Assembly (NCBI GenBank): GCA_030264375.1 | Contig: JASCQW010000119.1 | Location: 10,585,346-10,649,345 of the forward strand | Direction: 5' to 3' | Origin: Carcharhinus longimanus | Lineage: Eukaryota | Length of the DNA: 64,000 bases | In this document: piece after piece, positions 1-13,626 of the stretch | How the letters are laid out: each line of letters begins with the position of its first letter | Numbering within the stretch: position 1 is the stretch's first letter | The notes under the pieces: generated by a model | Databases searched by the model: none | The model's input: only the letters and a program-made list of their open reading frames with translations | What the model was told of the DNA's origin: nothing | Translations under genes and position numbers: made by a program

Positions 1-399
1 TATCACAGGAAATAGACGGCAGTGTTTGATCAGTTATTCAAATATATGCAAATTTTATGTATTTATTTATTTGAACTCGCATTAGGTATTTAGCAAAAAG
101 TAGAAATATTTTGTCTTGTCCAAGTATTTAGGCCTGCAACATTCTGCACTGCCTCCTCACTTATCCTGTTATGAATACTTCTCTCTTTTTTGTACTTTCC
201 ACTAAGCCAATTGGTATTGATATCTGACTCTATCTTATCGTGTTTGCGAAATGGTCAGCTAATACATTCACCAAAGCTCGTGAATCTGTTAGATTACGTT
301 TCATGGAATAAATTGATCTTTCAAAGAGTCGGTGCAAACTCAATATGCGGAAAGGCATCTTTCTGCACTGTGCAGTTCTATTTTCTGTGGGACTCGTGT

Positions 400-1000
400 T
401 TTTTATTTCTATAACTCATTCAAATCTCCTCCTAGATGTTTTTACTTCTAATAAAACAACCCAACTTCTCCAAGCTGCCGAATAAATAAAATGTGTCATC
501 TGCAAAAACATTTCTAAACCGTAAGCAATACAGACTCTTTATCTCCATATTACCAATGTTCATAGTTATATTAAAAAAAAGTCATGCTCAGGTCCTGTTG
601 CAGTCCTGTGCATGATCAGCCTTTCTTCCATCCTCCTTTATTCTATGTCACTATAAATAAAGCCCAGAATATTGTAAGTATTCCTACCTTATGTTGTCAA
701 CCGTCATGCTAATTTCAACGAAAGTTGCAGACAAACAAAAGTTTCATCTGCTCCATTGTTTATTATTTGCTACTTATTTTTAGACTCTTATTGCGTTTTT
801 TTCGACCTACAGTCAACACTCAGCACCTCCCCTCCTTGACTTTAAATTACCATCTATCTATCGAATACATCAAATTCTCCATGTTCATTTGAATTTCGAA
901 ATTGTCCCTTCATATTTAAAATGTTTCCAAGTCGTGTGCTATTCTCAAACTTTGAAGTTATTTGCTGGACACCAAGGACCATATAGTGAATATATTTTGT
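400..1000 (-). mobile_element. Old, highly decayed CR1-like LINE fragment
   Basis: Degenerate reverse-strand CR1 RT-region phrases (e.g. ggacaccaaggacc near 967, cctccttgactttaaattaccatc) resembling better preserved CR1 copies in the window; boundaries approximate. Confidence 0.35.
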
Positions 1001-1003
1001 AAT

Positions 1004-1623
1004 NNNNNNNNNNNNNNNNNNNNNNNNNNNNNNNNNNNNNNNNNNNNNNNNNNNNNNNNNNNNNNNNNNNNNNNNNNNNNNNNNNNNNNNNNNNNNNNNN
1101 NNNNNNNNNNNNNNNNNNNNNNNNNNNNNNNNNNNNNNNNNNNNNNNNNNNNNNNNNNNNNNNNNNNNNNNNNNNNNNNNNNNNNNNNNNNNNNNNNNNN
1201 NNNNNNNNNNNNNNNNNNNNNNNNNNNNNNNNNNNNNNNNNNNNNNNNNNNNNNNNNNNNNNNNNNNNNNNNNNNNNNNNNNNNNNNNNNNNNNNNNNNN
1301 NNNNNNNNNNNNNNNNNNNNNNNNNNNNNNNNNNNNNNNNNNNNNNNNNNNNNNNNNNNNNNNNNNNNNNNNNNNNNNNNNNNNNNNNNNNNNNNNNNNN
1401 NNNNNNNNNNNNNNNNNNNNNNNNNNNNNNNNNNNNNNNNNNNNNNNNNNNNNNNNNNNNNNNNNNNNNNNNNNNNNNNNNNNNNNNNNNNNNNNNNNNN
1501 NNNNNNNNNNNNNNNNNNNNNNNNNNNNNNNNNNNNNNNNNNNNNNNNNNNNNNNNNNNNNNNNNNNNNNNNNNNNNNNNNNNNNNNNNNNNNNNNNNNN
1601 NNNNNNNNNNNNNNNNNNNNNNN
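1004..1623. other. Assembly gap (N run)
   Basis: Run of N. Other gaps: 10822-11760, 21124-21133, 23351-23360, 29333-29432, 36933-37032. Confidence 1.
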
Positions 1624-1895
1624 NTATCTACCTGTGACTTAAACACATTCAGCGAGGTAGCCTCCACCACTTCAATGGACAGAGAATTCCAGAGGCTCAC
1701 CACTTTTTGAGTGAAGAAGTTCCTCCACAACTCCGATCTAAACTGCTTCCCCCACCCACCCCCACCTCCCTTATTTTGAGGTTGTGCCCTCTAGTTCTGC
1801 TATCCTTTCTAAGCAGGAAGAATCTCTCTCCCTCTACTATGTCTTTCCCCTTCATTATCTTATATGTCTCTACAAGATCCCCCCTCAGCCTTCTA
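1624..1895 (-). mobile_element. CR1 LINE ORF2 C-terminal fragment
   Basis: Minus-strand peptides RRLRGDLVETYKIMKG...RTRGHNLKI and RNFFTQKVVSLWNSL...VVEATSLNVFK match the well-known CR1 ORF2 C-terminus. Confidence 0.9.
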
Positions 1896-1962
1896 AACAC
1901 TGTCATTGCTTAAGGATCCGTGTAACGTCACACTTCGCATTTGTTACTCTGCATTTATCTAG

Positions 1963-1989
1963 AACTGATGCTAAGCAACGCAAAAAAAG
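1963..1989 (+). CDS. 27-nt phase 1-1 micro-exon, (E)LMLSNAKK, coiled-coil array
   Basis: ttactctgcatttatctag|AACTGATGCTAAGCAACGCAAAAAAAG|gtaagc; strong donor, open in phase 1, splices in frame and in heptad register to 3884. Confidence 0.6.
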
Positions 1990-3883
1990 GTAAGCTTTCG
2001 AGTTGTATTCATTTATTTTGTTCATTTTAGCATATCTCCATTTTAAGGACTTGATTGTTGCCCAAGTGTCAGAATTAATATTTTTGTTTTTAAATTCGCG
2101 TAATATTTTATGAATTCTGAGTACTAACAATCTTACCTTTACAAGCCTTCAGTGAAGCTGGACATGAAATCGGGTAACCTAACGGGCTGCTTTTGCCGAA
2201 TATGAATCAAACATGTACATGCACCTTACACTGGAAGCGATCAGAAGGAGTTTTCAACATTTCCCATACGAGCAATACGAAGGCAATTGATCAGATCAAT
2301 GCCTAACACAAGTATGAAACTCGCGCGGGTAGACTTAGGTGAAATTTATAAGAATTTATTCATCAAGCTTTTTGCTTTTGTACACTGTGCTCACATTTCC
2401 AATGCCGGGTATTTAGATGGCCATTGCAATGGCGTTTTCCATTCACGACGCCAGCATGAAATATTTCTGTGCACGTTTTTATTCAAGAGTCTGTCTCAAT
2501 TAACTTTGAAATATTTTACAAAACTGTCCCTCGGCCTTTCTGTTGGAAGCAGTTGAACGGATTAACAAAGATGTAAAACAAAAAGAAAATCCTCATCTCC
2601 ACCTTTAAAGGAAATACTCCTCTATTGTTGAAAAAAAATGTGTTGTCCATTTGCAGATCCTTCCACAAATGTGTCTCATCACCTCAGAATCACTGTGAGC
2701 ACACTGGAAAAAAAAAACAAACGTGTTACGAAGAAATCCTGTGAAATCTCTGTCTCTGTCTCTGTCTCAGGGGATTCACTGACTGTCCGTCTGGAACCCG
2801 CACGTTCGGTACTCTGTTTTATTCTGATGCATGCTCTGTTACTTTTACGAGAATATTTCAGGGAAGAGACACTGCAGTTAGGTGGCTGCATTGTTTCTAC
2901 TCCAGAATGTTCCCTCGTATATTATGCGTCCAAATTGGCTCAATTCTAATGCATCTCATCTCAGAAGAATCCAGGCTCATTGTGTCCAATTTAGGTGCAT
3001 GGGCACAAGAGTACAGCATCCAGCCTTCCCAGTACTTTTTTTCTGTCATTGAAATATATGAATTCTGATCAGCATAATGAATGTCACTTTTCCGCACAAT
3101 CCTTATATGCCTTGAGATCATCGATTCTTAGAAAAGTATTGATTACTGCCTTCAGCAAGCTCCCATGACCGACTGGGGTGCTCTATTCCAATGTCAATGT
3201 AACTGAAACATCATATATTTAATGCTGTATGGAAATTCCTTCATGATGAAATCGAACATATCATTTGAGTTCTTAATTTCTTGCTGGTTTGCAGTGACTC
3301 GTAGACAAGAATGCTAAGGTTCCACACCCCAAACTCTAGTAATTTAAGAAATGTTTTTGCTTTTTTTTGGCTATGAGATTAATTGCATGATAACGTGCAG
3401 GACCATTGATATTTCTCTATTTCTCAATATTGTCGCCTATGCTAAACTCTTCACTTCTGAAAAGAAGAACCAAACGTGGGAAATTGTTACTGATAAGAAA
3501 ATTCCTACATAAACTGGATCAATCAAGAGAAAATAATTTTAAAAAATCTCATTGCTGCTTTCAATTTCATTTCATAATTCGCTTGAGACTGGGGCAATAC
3601 ATTTTGAATATTACAGGCCCGCTTTAGTTGATGTCTTCGACATATTTAGCAAGACATCCCTATTATTTTCACTCAATTACCAATAAAATAAACGTATTAT
3701 AACCTCGCATACAAAGTGCCTTCAATCTTACCTGCTGAATTTGATTTTTTTTCATATTAGAAACACTGTAAATGTTCAGAATTGATTTGAGTTAGTGGGT
3801 CCACACCCCATCGGATCCTATCGTTGCCAATACTTCATTTTTATTTTTCGTACATCAATGCTTACATTGGTTTCTTGTTTCAG

Positions 3884-3919
3884 AAATTGAATCGCTGAAA
3901 AAGGAGTTACAAGATTTGG
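3884..3919 (+). CDS. 36-nt phase 1-1 micro-exon, (E)IESLKKELQDL
   Basis: tttcttgtttcag|AAATTGAATCGCTGAAAAAGGAGTTACAAGATTTGG|gtgaga; clear paralog of the 43124 exon (EIATLKKRLQDA). Confidence 0.75.
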
Positions 3920-4511
3920 GTGAGAAAATATTTGTGGATTGTATTACCTGCATACATGTTAGAACATATAAATGGAATTTTGTAATAATCGGGTTGTTTT
4001 AACTGTTTTCAACTCGTAATGTGGTAATTTGAACGGTTAACGAATATCTGACTTAAAATAAAACAATGCCATAAATTAAGTAATTATTTCCAAAACACCG
4101 GAACCCTCCAACATGCAGTCTATCTTCAGCTATTACACCTACAGAATTAGCAGTGGGACGGCCAAACAACAAGAATTTTATCACAATGAATAAAATGAAA
4201 CTTTACAGACAATTTAGAAGGATTTTATGGGAAGGTGTCCCCTCCGTTGCTCTAAAGTAATTGCTGGGAGATTTTTTTTTACTTCTACCGGAGTGTGCAA
4301 AGAAAGTGACTGAATTGGTAACATTAAATCCATAGCGTGCAGAATGAGACACGAACCCCATTCAACCCACACGTATTCTCCAGAAGTGGACGTTCGCAAT
4401 ACCCCCTCCATATTCCTGTGAACCGCAACATTCGCCATGGCCAATTCGTCTAACATAAACGGTTTTTAAAAATAATGGATGATTTCGCATTGCAATTCAC
4501 CGAAATTGCAG

Positions 4512-4662
4512 ATCTTTGGAATGTGGGAGCAAAGGGGAATACCCGAAAAGAAATCCACATTGGAAATGGGAGAATGTGCAGCTGCACATAAAAAGCCGTT
4601 CAGTGTTTTATGAACTCGAATCCCTGGTGTTGCAGCTGCATTACTAAATCAATGCATCAACA
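4512..4662 (-). mobile_element. Decayed tRNA-derived SINE
   Basis: Reverse-complement similarity to the 41130 SINE (tgtgggag...gggagaatgtgca...gaactcgaatccctgg). Confidence 0.6.
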
Positions 4663-6224
4663 CTGTGGCTTCCCCAGTGTGCTGTTTTTAATTCTGCATC
4701 TTTGAACAGTCAAGGGAAAGGCAGGGTGAAATAAAATGGTAAACAGTAAATAAATAGTCAGCAATGAAGAATACCGATTCACAAAGGCCTCTGGAAATGT
4801 GGACAATGACGATTGGATACATGAATTTAATGAAGATCAGGGCAAATCCGAAAATGTTCAATACTTAATGACGCTAGGCTGCATGAAACAACATTTAGCG
4901 AGCAACATACGAAACCTTGAATGAAATGATCGAAATACTATAAATAAACTAGTCCGCAGGGCACTTTACATAAATTAATTTTGAGGTTCATTTAAGCAAG
5001 AAGGAATAAAAAAAAATCACAAACAACAATCTGAATTTCAGAAATGATTAAGCAATCGCGCTTCTGTTGTACTTAAACATGGGGTGCATTATTCTATCAC
5101 TTTTGTGAAACTTTGGCCTCCAAAAATGTTTGCAATAAAATAAGTAGCTGCAATTACAGAGGATGTTCTAAACTAAGAAAGATTGCATCCCATCTGATAT
5201 ACATCATGGAGCAAAAATATCAAGGTGATCATTGGTTGACAATCAGCAATGGAAAGTAATAGGAAAACTTCCCTTACTCTGATTTGAAGTAATATCATGA
5301 CCATTTTCTTCCACCTCGTAATCCGATGGGAAATGCTTTAACATCATGAATGACAGACATGAAAACGACCTGTCCCACACCAAATTAAAAAAAAACACAT
5401 TCCTAATTTATTGGAACACTACAAATCTAGCCAGGAAAACGAAAAAAAAAACAAAACGTCTCAAAGAAAAGTAAGACTTGATCTGGATGATTGCAAACAC
5501 AATCCAATGATTCGATGGTCAAGAAAGTAGACGTGCCAAGTGGCATCTTCGATAATTCCGCAAGGAAACAGTGATAACACAAGCGATAAACATCAGACCA
5601 TTAACTGGCATAATTGAGGTTGAACATGTTGACTGAATTATAAACCAATAGGACACACGTGATTAACGGGCAGTATAATGACATCCTTACTAAATTAAAA
5701 CAATTGCAACATCAATCTGAGTTTAGGCCGAACAATGTACAGAATTCCGGATTTCAGAAGGGAAAGTTTTGACTGACAAACCGCATTTAATTATTCAATG
5801 GAACATTAGAGAAAATAACGATGAGATATAGTCAGTGAATATACCTGCATTGACAGCAGCTACATTAAAATGTTTTGTATTCTGCGATAGTTGAACAGAT
5901 AATATGAGAGCTTGAGAAGAAAGTATGGAGCGGAAACATTGCTCTATGAAAAAATAAATCCAGTAAATCAGACGTATGTTGAATTCCTTCAGAGTGATGT
6001 AAGCGTGGTTACTTGAGGACACACGGAGAGAGGCAAGAATTGTTTCTAATTTATTTCATCACTTTACAACTTGGCATCTATTATCAGGCTTTCAATTTAG
6101 ATAGCTGTCCAGGTACTATGATAACATAAACAAAAGGACAGCAACCAATTCGAATTCATTGACGAAATTTAATTTGCAGAACACTTTGGGCACCAAATTC
6201 AGGTTCACACAGTTGAAACAGTTT

Positions 6225-6350
6225 GGGAGGAATTTTCCCATTCAGCCCACCCTGTGAATCGCAGCAACGGGTACATGGATAACACATAGGTCTGTTGGCT
6301 TCGGAAGGGGTTTTACGGGCATGGGGCGAGCGCTGACGGAAAGTCCCGTT
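6225..6350. mobile_element. Possible short non-autonomous DNA transposon (Harbinger-type MITE)
   Basis: GC-richer island bounded by imperfect inverted ends gggaggaattttcc ... ggaaagtcccgtt. Confidence 0.35.
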
Positions 6351-7074
6351 CTTTAACTCTTTCAATTCAAACTTCAACTTCAACTGTTTACCTGAAATTT
6401 TAAAACTTCAGTTACTGCAATGAAAATGGATACGAGCAGTTTTTTGGGCAAACTAACCAGGTCCATTCCTGATTAATCCTTTCTGAATGTCTTATGTTAG
6501 GACAGACTTATAATGGTGTGGGTCGAGTTACCGCCAAAGTCAAATGGCTGCAACACACCTTACATTCCTAAACTTCCCAAGTAGTCCAGAATATTCTCAC
6601 CTTGACGAAATTATCGCCAGAAATGATCACAATGTTTGATCACGGCCAATGACGTTACCATAAACAACTCCGAAATGTTTATACCAAGCAAAAATTGCAC
6701 ATGCAAAACCCCAGTGGATGGAGTTTATGTCACTGGAGAAAGCCGTTACCAACTCTCACTGCTTTAAACATATGATTGCCGTGCTTAACCTCGAAGTTGG
6801 GGGAATAATTTGCCTTGATAAGCGGGAGAACAACACAAGGGAAGACACTGGAGAGAGGGTGAGAATCGGAGATCATTAAAAAAAATAGTTTTACATGTTT
6901 GAAGCAATGTCATGGAGGCAGACCTAAAAGAGACTGCCAAAGAAAAAGACATTGACAAAGAGAGAAAAAAAGTGTGGATTGATCTGAAGAAATGTAACTC
7001 TAAATATGCCCAAAATCTTCAGTCAAGCAAACCTGATTGTTGGTGAAAGTTGTTTCTTTTTTCACTGGAGTCTT

Positions 7075-8025
7075 AGATAGAAGCATGAAGCTCTACAGCA
7101 TGGAAACAGGAGATTCACCCCAAATTTTCCATGCCGCCCCATTTTTAACGCTAAGCTATTTCCAATTGTCCACGTTTGGCCCATTTTCCTCTATAACCAT
7201 CTTACTGATGAAACTGTCTAAACGTTTCTTTTAAGGCAAAATTGTACTCGCCTCAACCACTATTTCTGAATGTTTGTTCCAGACGCTCACCACCCGCTGT
7301 GTAAAATGAAAATGCCCCTTTGGACCGTTTGTATCGTTTGTCTTTCACCTAAAACATGTATCCTCTAGTTTCATACTCCCCTACCTTTGGGGAAATATAT
7401 TGACTGTCTTGCTGATCAATTCCCCTCATTATTATGTAGACCTCCATAAGTTCAACCCTCAGCACCTACGCTCCAGAGAAAAAAAGTTCCAGTCCATCCA
7501 ACCCCTCCCTATAACGTAAAACATCACGCTCTGATAGCATAGTAGTAAATCTTTTCATTTTGGCAATCTTGCTAGTTTAATATTATCCCTTCTATGGTAG
7601 GTGAGCAGAACTGTAAATAGTATTCGAAGTGTGGCCTCATCAATGTCTTGTACAATTTGAACAGGACGTGCAACTCATGTATTCAATGTTCTGATCAATG
7701 AAACCAATCATGCCGAATGCCATTTTCTACATCTGCCCACAAATGACAACACTTTCAAGGAGAGGTGAACCTGTACCTTTGCATTTCTTTGTTTTGTAAC
7801 TCTCCCCAGCGCCCGTTTTATTAACTGAATAAGCTCTGCCTTGCTTTGAGGTGCCAAAATACATCACCTTGCATTTATCTCTGTTAAATTCCATCTGTCA
7901 TTCATCAGTGTGCTGGCCCAATTGATCAAGGTCCCTTTGCAATCCTAGAGAACTTACTTTACCGTCCAGTATGCCACCAATCTTAGTGTCGTCTGCAATC
8001 TTACTAACTGTGCCTCTTAAATTCG
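7075..8025 (-). mobile_element. CR1 LINE 3' portion (RT C-half and tail)
   Basis: Contains gtgtcgtctgca (reverse of the ADDT catalytic motif), catcaccttgcatttatc and the tail tagaagcatgaag; frameshifted. Confidence 0.85.
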
Positions 8026-8292
8026 CTATTCATCACTATTCTGGGAAGTTTTTGTGCCCAAGTGGGCCTGGAACTTATCAAAAGGCAACAGGTGTCTGAT
8101 ATCACAATTTCGCAGGGAAGATTTATTTATATACTTTTGGAGCCAGTGTTCCTTATCTGGGCATTGGAATGTAAATAATTGCTGTTTAAAGTGAAAAAAA
8201 AGTCATTACTTTGACTCTACTTGATAGACCTAATCAAATTATGCATTCATTGGCTTGTTATCAATTAATTTTTGTGTTTTTTTTATATATAG

Positions 8293-8399
8293 AAGGACAG
8301 TATGAAGAACTGGGGTCAAGCTCTGATAGAGAGATAACATCTGGAAAGGAAGAGGCAAAAAGGCTAATTACAAGTGTTCACAATCCTGCCAGTTTTTAA
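8293..8399 (+). CDS. Candidate last coding exon (E)GQYEELGSSSDREITSGKEEAKRLITSVHNPASF*
   Basis: T-rich acceptor tttttgtgttttttttatatatag, phase-1 start, TAA at 8397-8399; Y and L continue the heptad register of 1963+3884; contains YxxL. Confidence 0.6.
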
Positions 8400-8599
8400 T
8401 TGCAAATGGAAATCAACTTGACGTTGAGTAATGTAACATATAGTGAGAATTGACTTCATGCATTGCAACTATTTACTGTTTTTTTTAAGTAGTTGTAGCA
8501 TAAATGAAATTGTGTTTAAATCTTTGCAGTTGACGTTCTGTCATTATACGCTGCAGAGTTTAAAACACATAGGATTGGATAACGGAATAACACTCCGGA

Positions 8600-9900
8600 T
8601 AAGACACAATGAGAAGTAATCGTAAATTTGTTCTGGGCAGGAGTCCTCAAAAATTCAAAAGGTTTTGAACAAATCTGACGCTTATTCTCAGCGAATAAAC
8701 GCAGTATAGAAGATCCTAGCCGTAACAGGGGCAGTGGTAACGCAATTCCGGCCGTGAGAGAGGATTAAAAGATTCTGTTTTGGTAGTACTAATTCACTTT
8801 CCTGTTACTCTCGACGTGTTGGTCGTAGTAACTATTGTTCAGTGTTTTAGGCGCGTCTGGGCTCTGTTGCCTGACTTCGTCCCTAGTTAAATCTAGACGT
8901 AACGGGGAAAATGAAAGGCTGTTCGAAGTCTGAAGGAACGCGAGGAAATTACGTCCGTTAAAAATGGCCACATTGAGCCGAATCCTGTATCATTCGTGAA
9001 GATGATGAAGGATCCATATGTTAAAAAAAAAATTGGAACGAGGGCCTTCGAGACAAATGGTAGTGGACAGATAAAAGTAGTAAAGTTTTGTAAATCGCAA
9101 TTTGTTTGGGGCAGTTGCGTTGAAAAGAAAGGAATATTATGCATTCAGGTGCTGCGCTAGAAAGCTCGAGGTTAAAACAGACCAACTACGAATAACAATG
9201 AAGGCGAGAGAGCATGACTTACACCGTGCAGTAAATGGAGAAGCACTGAAAGTGCAAGAGGATTCTAAATTTTAAATGGGTTCTGTGGAGAAAGAAATAG
9301 AGCAAGGAAGGCTGTGTGCATTTAGGCAGTTTAGGCGTAGGATAAAACAATTGTAGTAGATTGGGGCGTTTTCCAGGTCACAAAAGAAAATACTTAGAAC
9401 ATAATTAAAATTGGGGACCTCCACCTCCCATTTCTGTGGGGCGGGACTCATCAGCAAATGCAGAGCGACCTTCTGTTCCAATGTACCCGATAACGATTGA
9501 ACGTAACCGGGTGGCTGAGCCTGAGAGTTATATATTCAACTTCGTTTACAGTAGCACTGTTAGCTGAGATAGTTAAGGAAATTATTGCTTTTGAGACAAT
9601 TGGAGATCCATTTGCTTTCCTTGAAAGTATTCGAAACAATTTCACTGGTTGGATCAGCCAGAACAGTAAAATAACTTGCAATGTCTAACTTTGGCTGTGC
9701 AAACTGCATTAACTGATCCACAAAACGTTGGGGAGGGATCCTTAAAAGAAATAACACAAGCGATTTTAACTTCGGCAGGTAAGAAAAAGGAGAATCCAAA
9801 ACGATTCTACAGAAGGGCAAAAGAGTAATCAGGAAACAGGGGTTCTTAAGTACCAACAAGGTCACCTGTGTGCGGATTCGTAAGAGATGAGATCTAAAGT
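8600..9900 (-). mobile_element. Decayed hAT-family (ZMYM1/Tip100-like) transposase remnant
   Basis: Colinear minus-strand peptides SYFTVLADPTSEI (cf. YFSILADETTDIS), NAPIYYNCFILRLN (cf. AxYVHCxAHxLN) and FSTQLPQTNCDL (cf. LSxxLQxxxxDL); frameshifted; by-eye match only. Confidence 0.5.
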
Positions 9901-9959
9901 TAATATTTCTCATCAGTATTCACTGTTGATCAAATCATAGATATTAGGGAACTTCGGAA

Positions 9960-10670
9960 ATACATCATAATGTCTTAAGGAGTGCACATATAATAGAGAA
10001 GGAAGTGCTGGAAGTCTTAAAGCACGTCAAAGTAGAGAAATTCCCGGGACCTGATGTGGAAGCTAGGGAGGGAATTGCGGGTCCCCTTGTGGAGATATTT
10101 GAATCAACGACAGTTACAGGTGAGGTTCCTGAAAATTGGAGGGTGGCAAATATTGTATCTTTGTTTAAAAAGGGCTGCAGGCAAAGTCTGGGAATTCCAA
10201 GCTGGTGAGCCTCATGTCTGTAGTGGGTAAGTTTTTAGAAGGTATTCTGAGACACGTGATCTACAGGCATTTGGAGAGGCAAGGACCGATTCGGGTCTGT
10301 CAGTGTGGCTTTGTGAGAGGAAAAAAGTATGTCTAACAAATATGCTTGAGTGTTTTGAAGGCGTAACCAAGAAGGTGGATGAGGGCAGTACAGGTGATGA
10401 TGTCTACATGGACTTTTGCACGGCCTTTCAAAATGCACCGTATGGTAGGTTGTTGCAGGCGATTAAATATCACGGGATCTAGGGTGACATAGCCAAACGG
10501 ATACAAAATTGGCTTGATGACAGAAGAGAGAGGATGGCTGCAGAAAGTTGTTTTTCAAACTGGAGGCCTGTGACCAGCGGTATGCCTCAAGGATTTGTGT
10601 TGGGTCCACTGTTATTTATCATTTACATTATTGATTTGGAAGAGAATATAGGAGGGATGGTTAGTAAATG
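9960..10670 (+). mobile_element. CR1 LINE ORF2 RT N-half fragment
   Basis: KFPGPD...IAGPLVEIFEST..TGEVPENWRVANIVSLFKKG, then YMDF..AF and VTSGMPQG.VLGPLLF.IYI motifs. Confidence 0.92.
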
Positions 10671-11895
10671 GGTTCCCGGACACGCGTACTTTGTTTGAAT
10701 AGAGGAGAGTACGGTAGGATGAGAGAAGAATTGGCGAATGTTGTCTGGGGGAGCGCGTTGGAGGGAGGGTCTGCTGAGGAGCAGTGGAGGATCTTTAAGG
10801 AGATCTTTCTTGGTGCTCAGCNNNNNNNNNNNNNNNNNNNNNNNNNNNNNNNNNNNNNNNNNNNNNNNNNNNNNNNNNNNNNNNNNNNNNNNNNNNNNNN
10901 NNNNNNNNNNNNNNNNNNNNNNNNNNNNNNNNNNNNNNNNNNNNNNNNNNNNNNNNNNNNNNNNNNNNNNNNNNNNNNNNNNNNNNNNNNNNNNNNNNNN
11001 NNNNNNNNNNNNNNNNNNNNNNNNNNNNNNNNNNNNNNNNNNNNNNNNNNNNNNNNNNNNNNNNNNNNNNNNNNNNNNNNNNNNNNNNNNNNNNNNNNNN
11101 NNNNNNNNNNNNNNNNNNNNNNNNNNNNNNNNNNNNNNNNNNNNNNNNNNNNNNNNNNNNNNNNNNNNNNNNNNNNNNNNNNNNNNNNNNNNNNNNNNNN
11201 NNNNNNNNNNNNNNNNNNNNNNNNNNNNNNNNNNNNNNNNNNNNNNNNNNNNNNNNNNNNNNNNNNNNNNNNNNNNNNNNNNNNNNNNNNNNNNNNNNNN
11301 NNNNNNNNNNNNNNNNNNNNNNNNNNNNNNNNNNNNNNNNNNNNNNNNNNNNNNNNNNNNNNNNNNNNNNNNNNNNNNNNNNNNNNNNNNNNNNNNNNNN
11401 NNNNNNNNNNNNNNNNNNNNNNNNNNNNNNNNNNNNNNNNNNNNNNNNNNNNNNNNNNNNNNNNNNNNNNNNNNNNNNNNNNNNNNNNNNNNNNNNNNNN
11501 NNNNNNNNNNNNNNNNNNNNNNNNNNNNNNNNNNNNNNNNNNNNNNNNNNNNNNNNNNNNNNNNNNNNNNNNNNNNNNNNNNNNNNNNNNNNNNNNNNNN
11601 NNNNNNNNNNNNNNNNNNNNNNNNNNNNNNNNNNNNNNNNNNNNNNNNNNNNNNNNNNNNNNNNNNNNNNNNNNNNNNNNNNNNNNNNNNNNNNNNNNNN
11701 NNNNNNNNNNNNNNNNNNNNNNNNNNNNNNNNNNNNNNNNNNNNNNNNNNNNNNNNNNNNGACGGGTTCATGGATGAGAGGGGTGTGGAGGGATATGGTC
11801 CAAGTGCAGGTCAGTGGGACTCGGCAAAAAATGGTTCAGCACAGACAAGAAGGGCCAAAAGGCCTGTTTCTGAGCTGTAATTTTCTATGGTTTCT
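10670..11895 (+). mobile_element. Second CR1 fragment(s) flanking a gap (EN-RT linker left, 3' tail right)
   Basis: LNRGEYGRMREELANVVW...EEQWRIFKEI before the gap; ggatatggtccaagtgcagg...ggcctgtttctgagctgtaattttctatggtttcta CR1 tail after it. Confidence 0.75.
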
Positions 11896-12029
11896 AAAAC
11901 GGATGAAAATTTACCTCAATGCATATGTCCATTAAAAGAAAAACAAAATGACTCAACAGTTTCATACTTCTATGAATAAATCAAATAAGAAAATATGTTA
12001 ATAGGTTGGAATTACCATTGCATTTGTTC

Positions 12030-12770
12030 ACTTGCATGATTTAAACTGGGTGCCCACAATTTGTCTAGTAAGGGTAACCTTCCTTCTGAGGGAGACATAA
12101 GCAAAATTTAGGGGCCCATTCGCGCCAAAAGTGATATGTTGGCAACGGTCAGTCAATAAGCTGTAGTAGAGAGATTCGAAATATTCAACAAAATCGGGTT
12201 AAGTTTAGCACTATTGTGTGAAAGGGATTCACAAAGTGAATTCAAAGGAATTTTTTGTGCCTGGAAGAAACATCCGTGGTGGATAAAAGGTTAATGGTAG
12301 ATGCAATGCATTTTGCTTTCATGAAAACATTTAATGAAAGTTCTTCATAAAATGAGCATTGTTGTGCATTGTCTAGCGAAGGAGATGGAGTGGATACATA
12401 AATATCAATAAAGTGACGAGTGGTATGCCATCTCAACTATGTACATTCGTCAAAATGATCTCCATGAAGGGGCCGTATAGCTGCTTTGAAAAGTTTCTAA
12501 AGGAATGAAGGCAGTTTGAAGTGCAACCTCTGAAAAGGTTTTTTGATAGCAATATAATGATTCTTTATAGCTGTGACGCAGTGCAGGGCACTGTGCTGCA
12601 AAACGGAAGGTTGCCTTTGTACGTGAATCTCAATTCAAAAGTGAATTGACTTTTACTTCATCCCTCGAACTCAGGGGCTTGTAAATCTTTGGAAATTCTT
12701 TGCCAAACAGGAAGTTAAATCCGAAGGTTGTAATAATTTTAAGAGAACGTCGATACTTTATTTGTGCATA
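12030..12770 (+). mobile_element. Old decayed CR1-like fragments
   Basis: Degenerate RT motifs (gtagatgcaatgcattttgctttcatgaaaacattt, cf. VD.VY.DF.KAF) and 3' motif gtaaatctttggaaattct. Confidence 0.45.
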
Positions 12771-13626
12771 AGGAAACAGGTATTAGACTACGATGAGGTT
12801 ATATTAAACGAAGAAAAATAAATCAAAAATGTTGCGATTGAGCTGTGAAAAAGAATGAGCATTGGCATTTTAACAAACTTTTTTTTGTCTCTAACTATGG
12901 CGTCACGGGGAACATCACAATGGAGACCTAAATGAAATGTGGAAGAATAAACAGAAAAAAAAGAGACAAATCTAGGGGAAAAAAACAAAAAAGAGAAAGA
13001 CAAATCCAATCTCATAGAGAAAAAAAAAACAATAAGGGCAATTGTTATATTTGAAATTTGTTGAACTAAATATCGAATCGAGATACCTTGTCAACAGAAT
13101 ATACAGATAAATGAGTTTGCCCTCTTCTTTACTGGATGGCTTGAACTAACGATGGGAGAATGCACAACCAGGTATCAAAGAGAGGGATTAACCTGGAACA
13201 GGCCAAAATAGAATCGTGTGTGAAGCCACCATCGAAAACATCTTCATCTTCCCTTCTGCTCCATTTTCTGCAAGGGCACTTCTCTCTGTGAAGCATTAGT
13301 ACATTCCTCCATCAACGTTTGCTGCACCTATTTTTTTTCAGATATTACCACGTTCCATAAGAAAAGGAGATCAAAATCCATCCTTGCACAATTCTGTTTC
13401 CTCTCGCTTCCAAACATTCTTCTTATATGCATGAATATTTTGTTTCTACCCATTTCAATTTAGAATATTTCATTTGAAAGCATTTTGACTCATTGGTTCT
13501 CGTTGAAATATCTCGACTAAAGGCACTTTCTCCGAGTCCCAGTTTAGCGGTTGATGAATTTCGATGATGCTTTCATAATGTGACCAGACTTAGTTTTTAT
13601 TAGAGTGTTGTTTATGTCTATATTAC

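Noticed and set aside
945-1730. Long ORFs spanning N runs (also 10623-11880, 29100-29502, 36670-37186)
   Set aside because: Length comes from X translation of assembly gaps; the real parts are mostly repeat fragments.
2691-2720. cactgtg heptamer next to an A-rich run, resembling an RSS
   Set aside because: No nonamer at 12 or 23 spacing in the right orientation and no V, D or J segment nearby.
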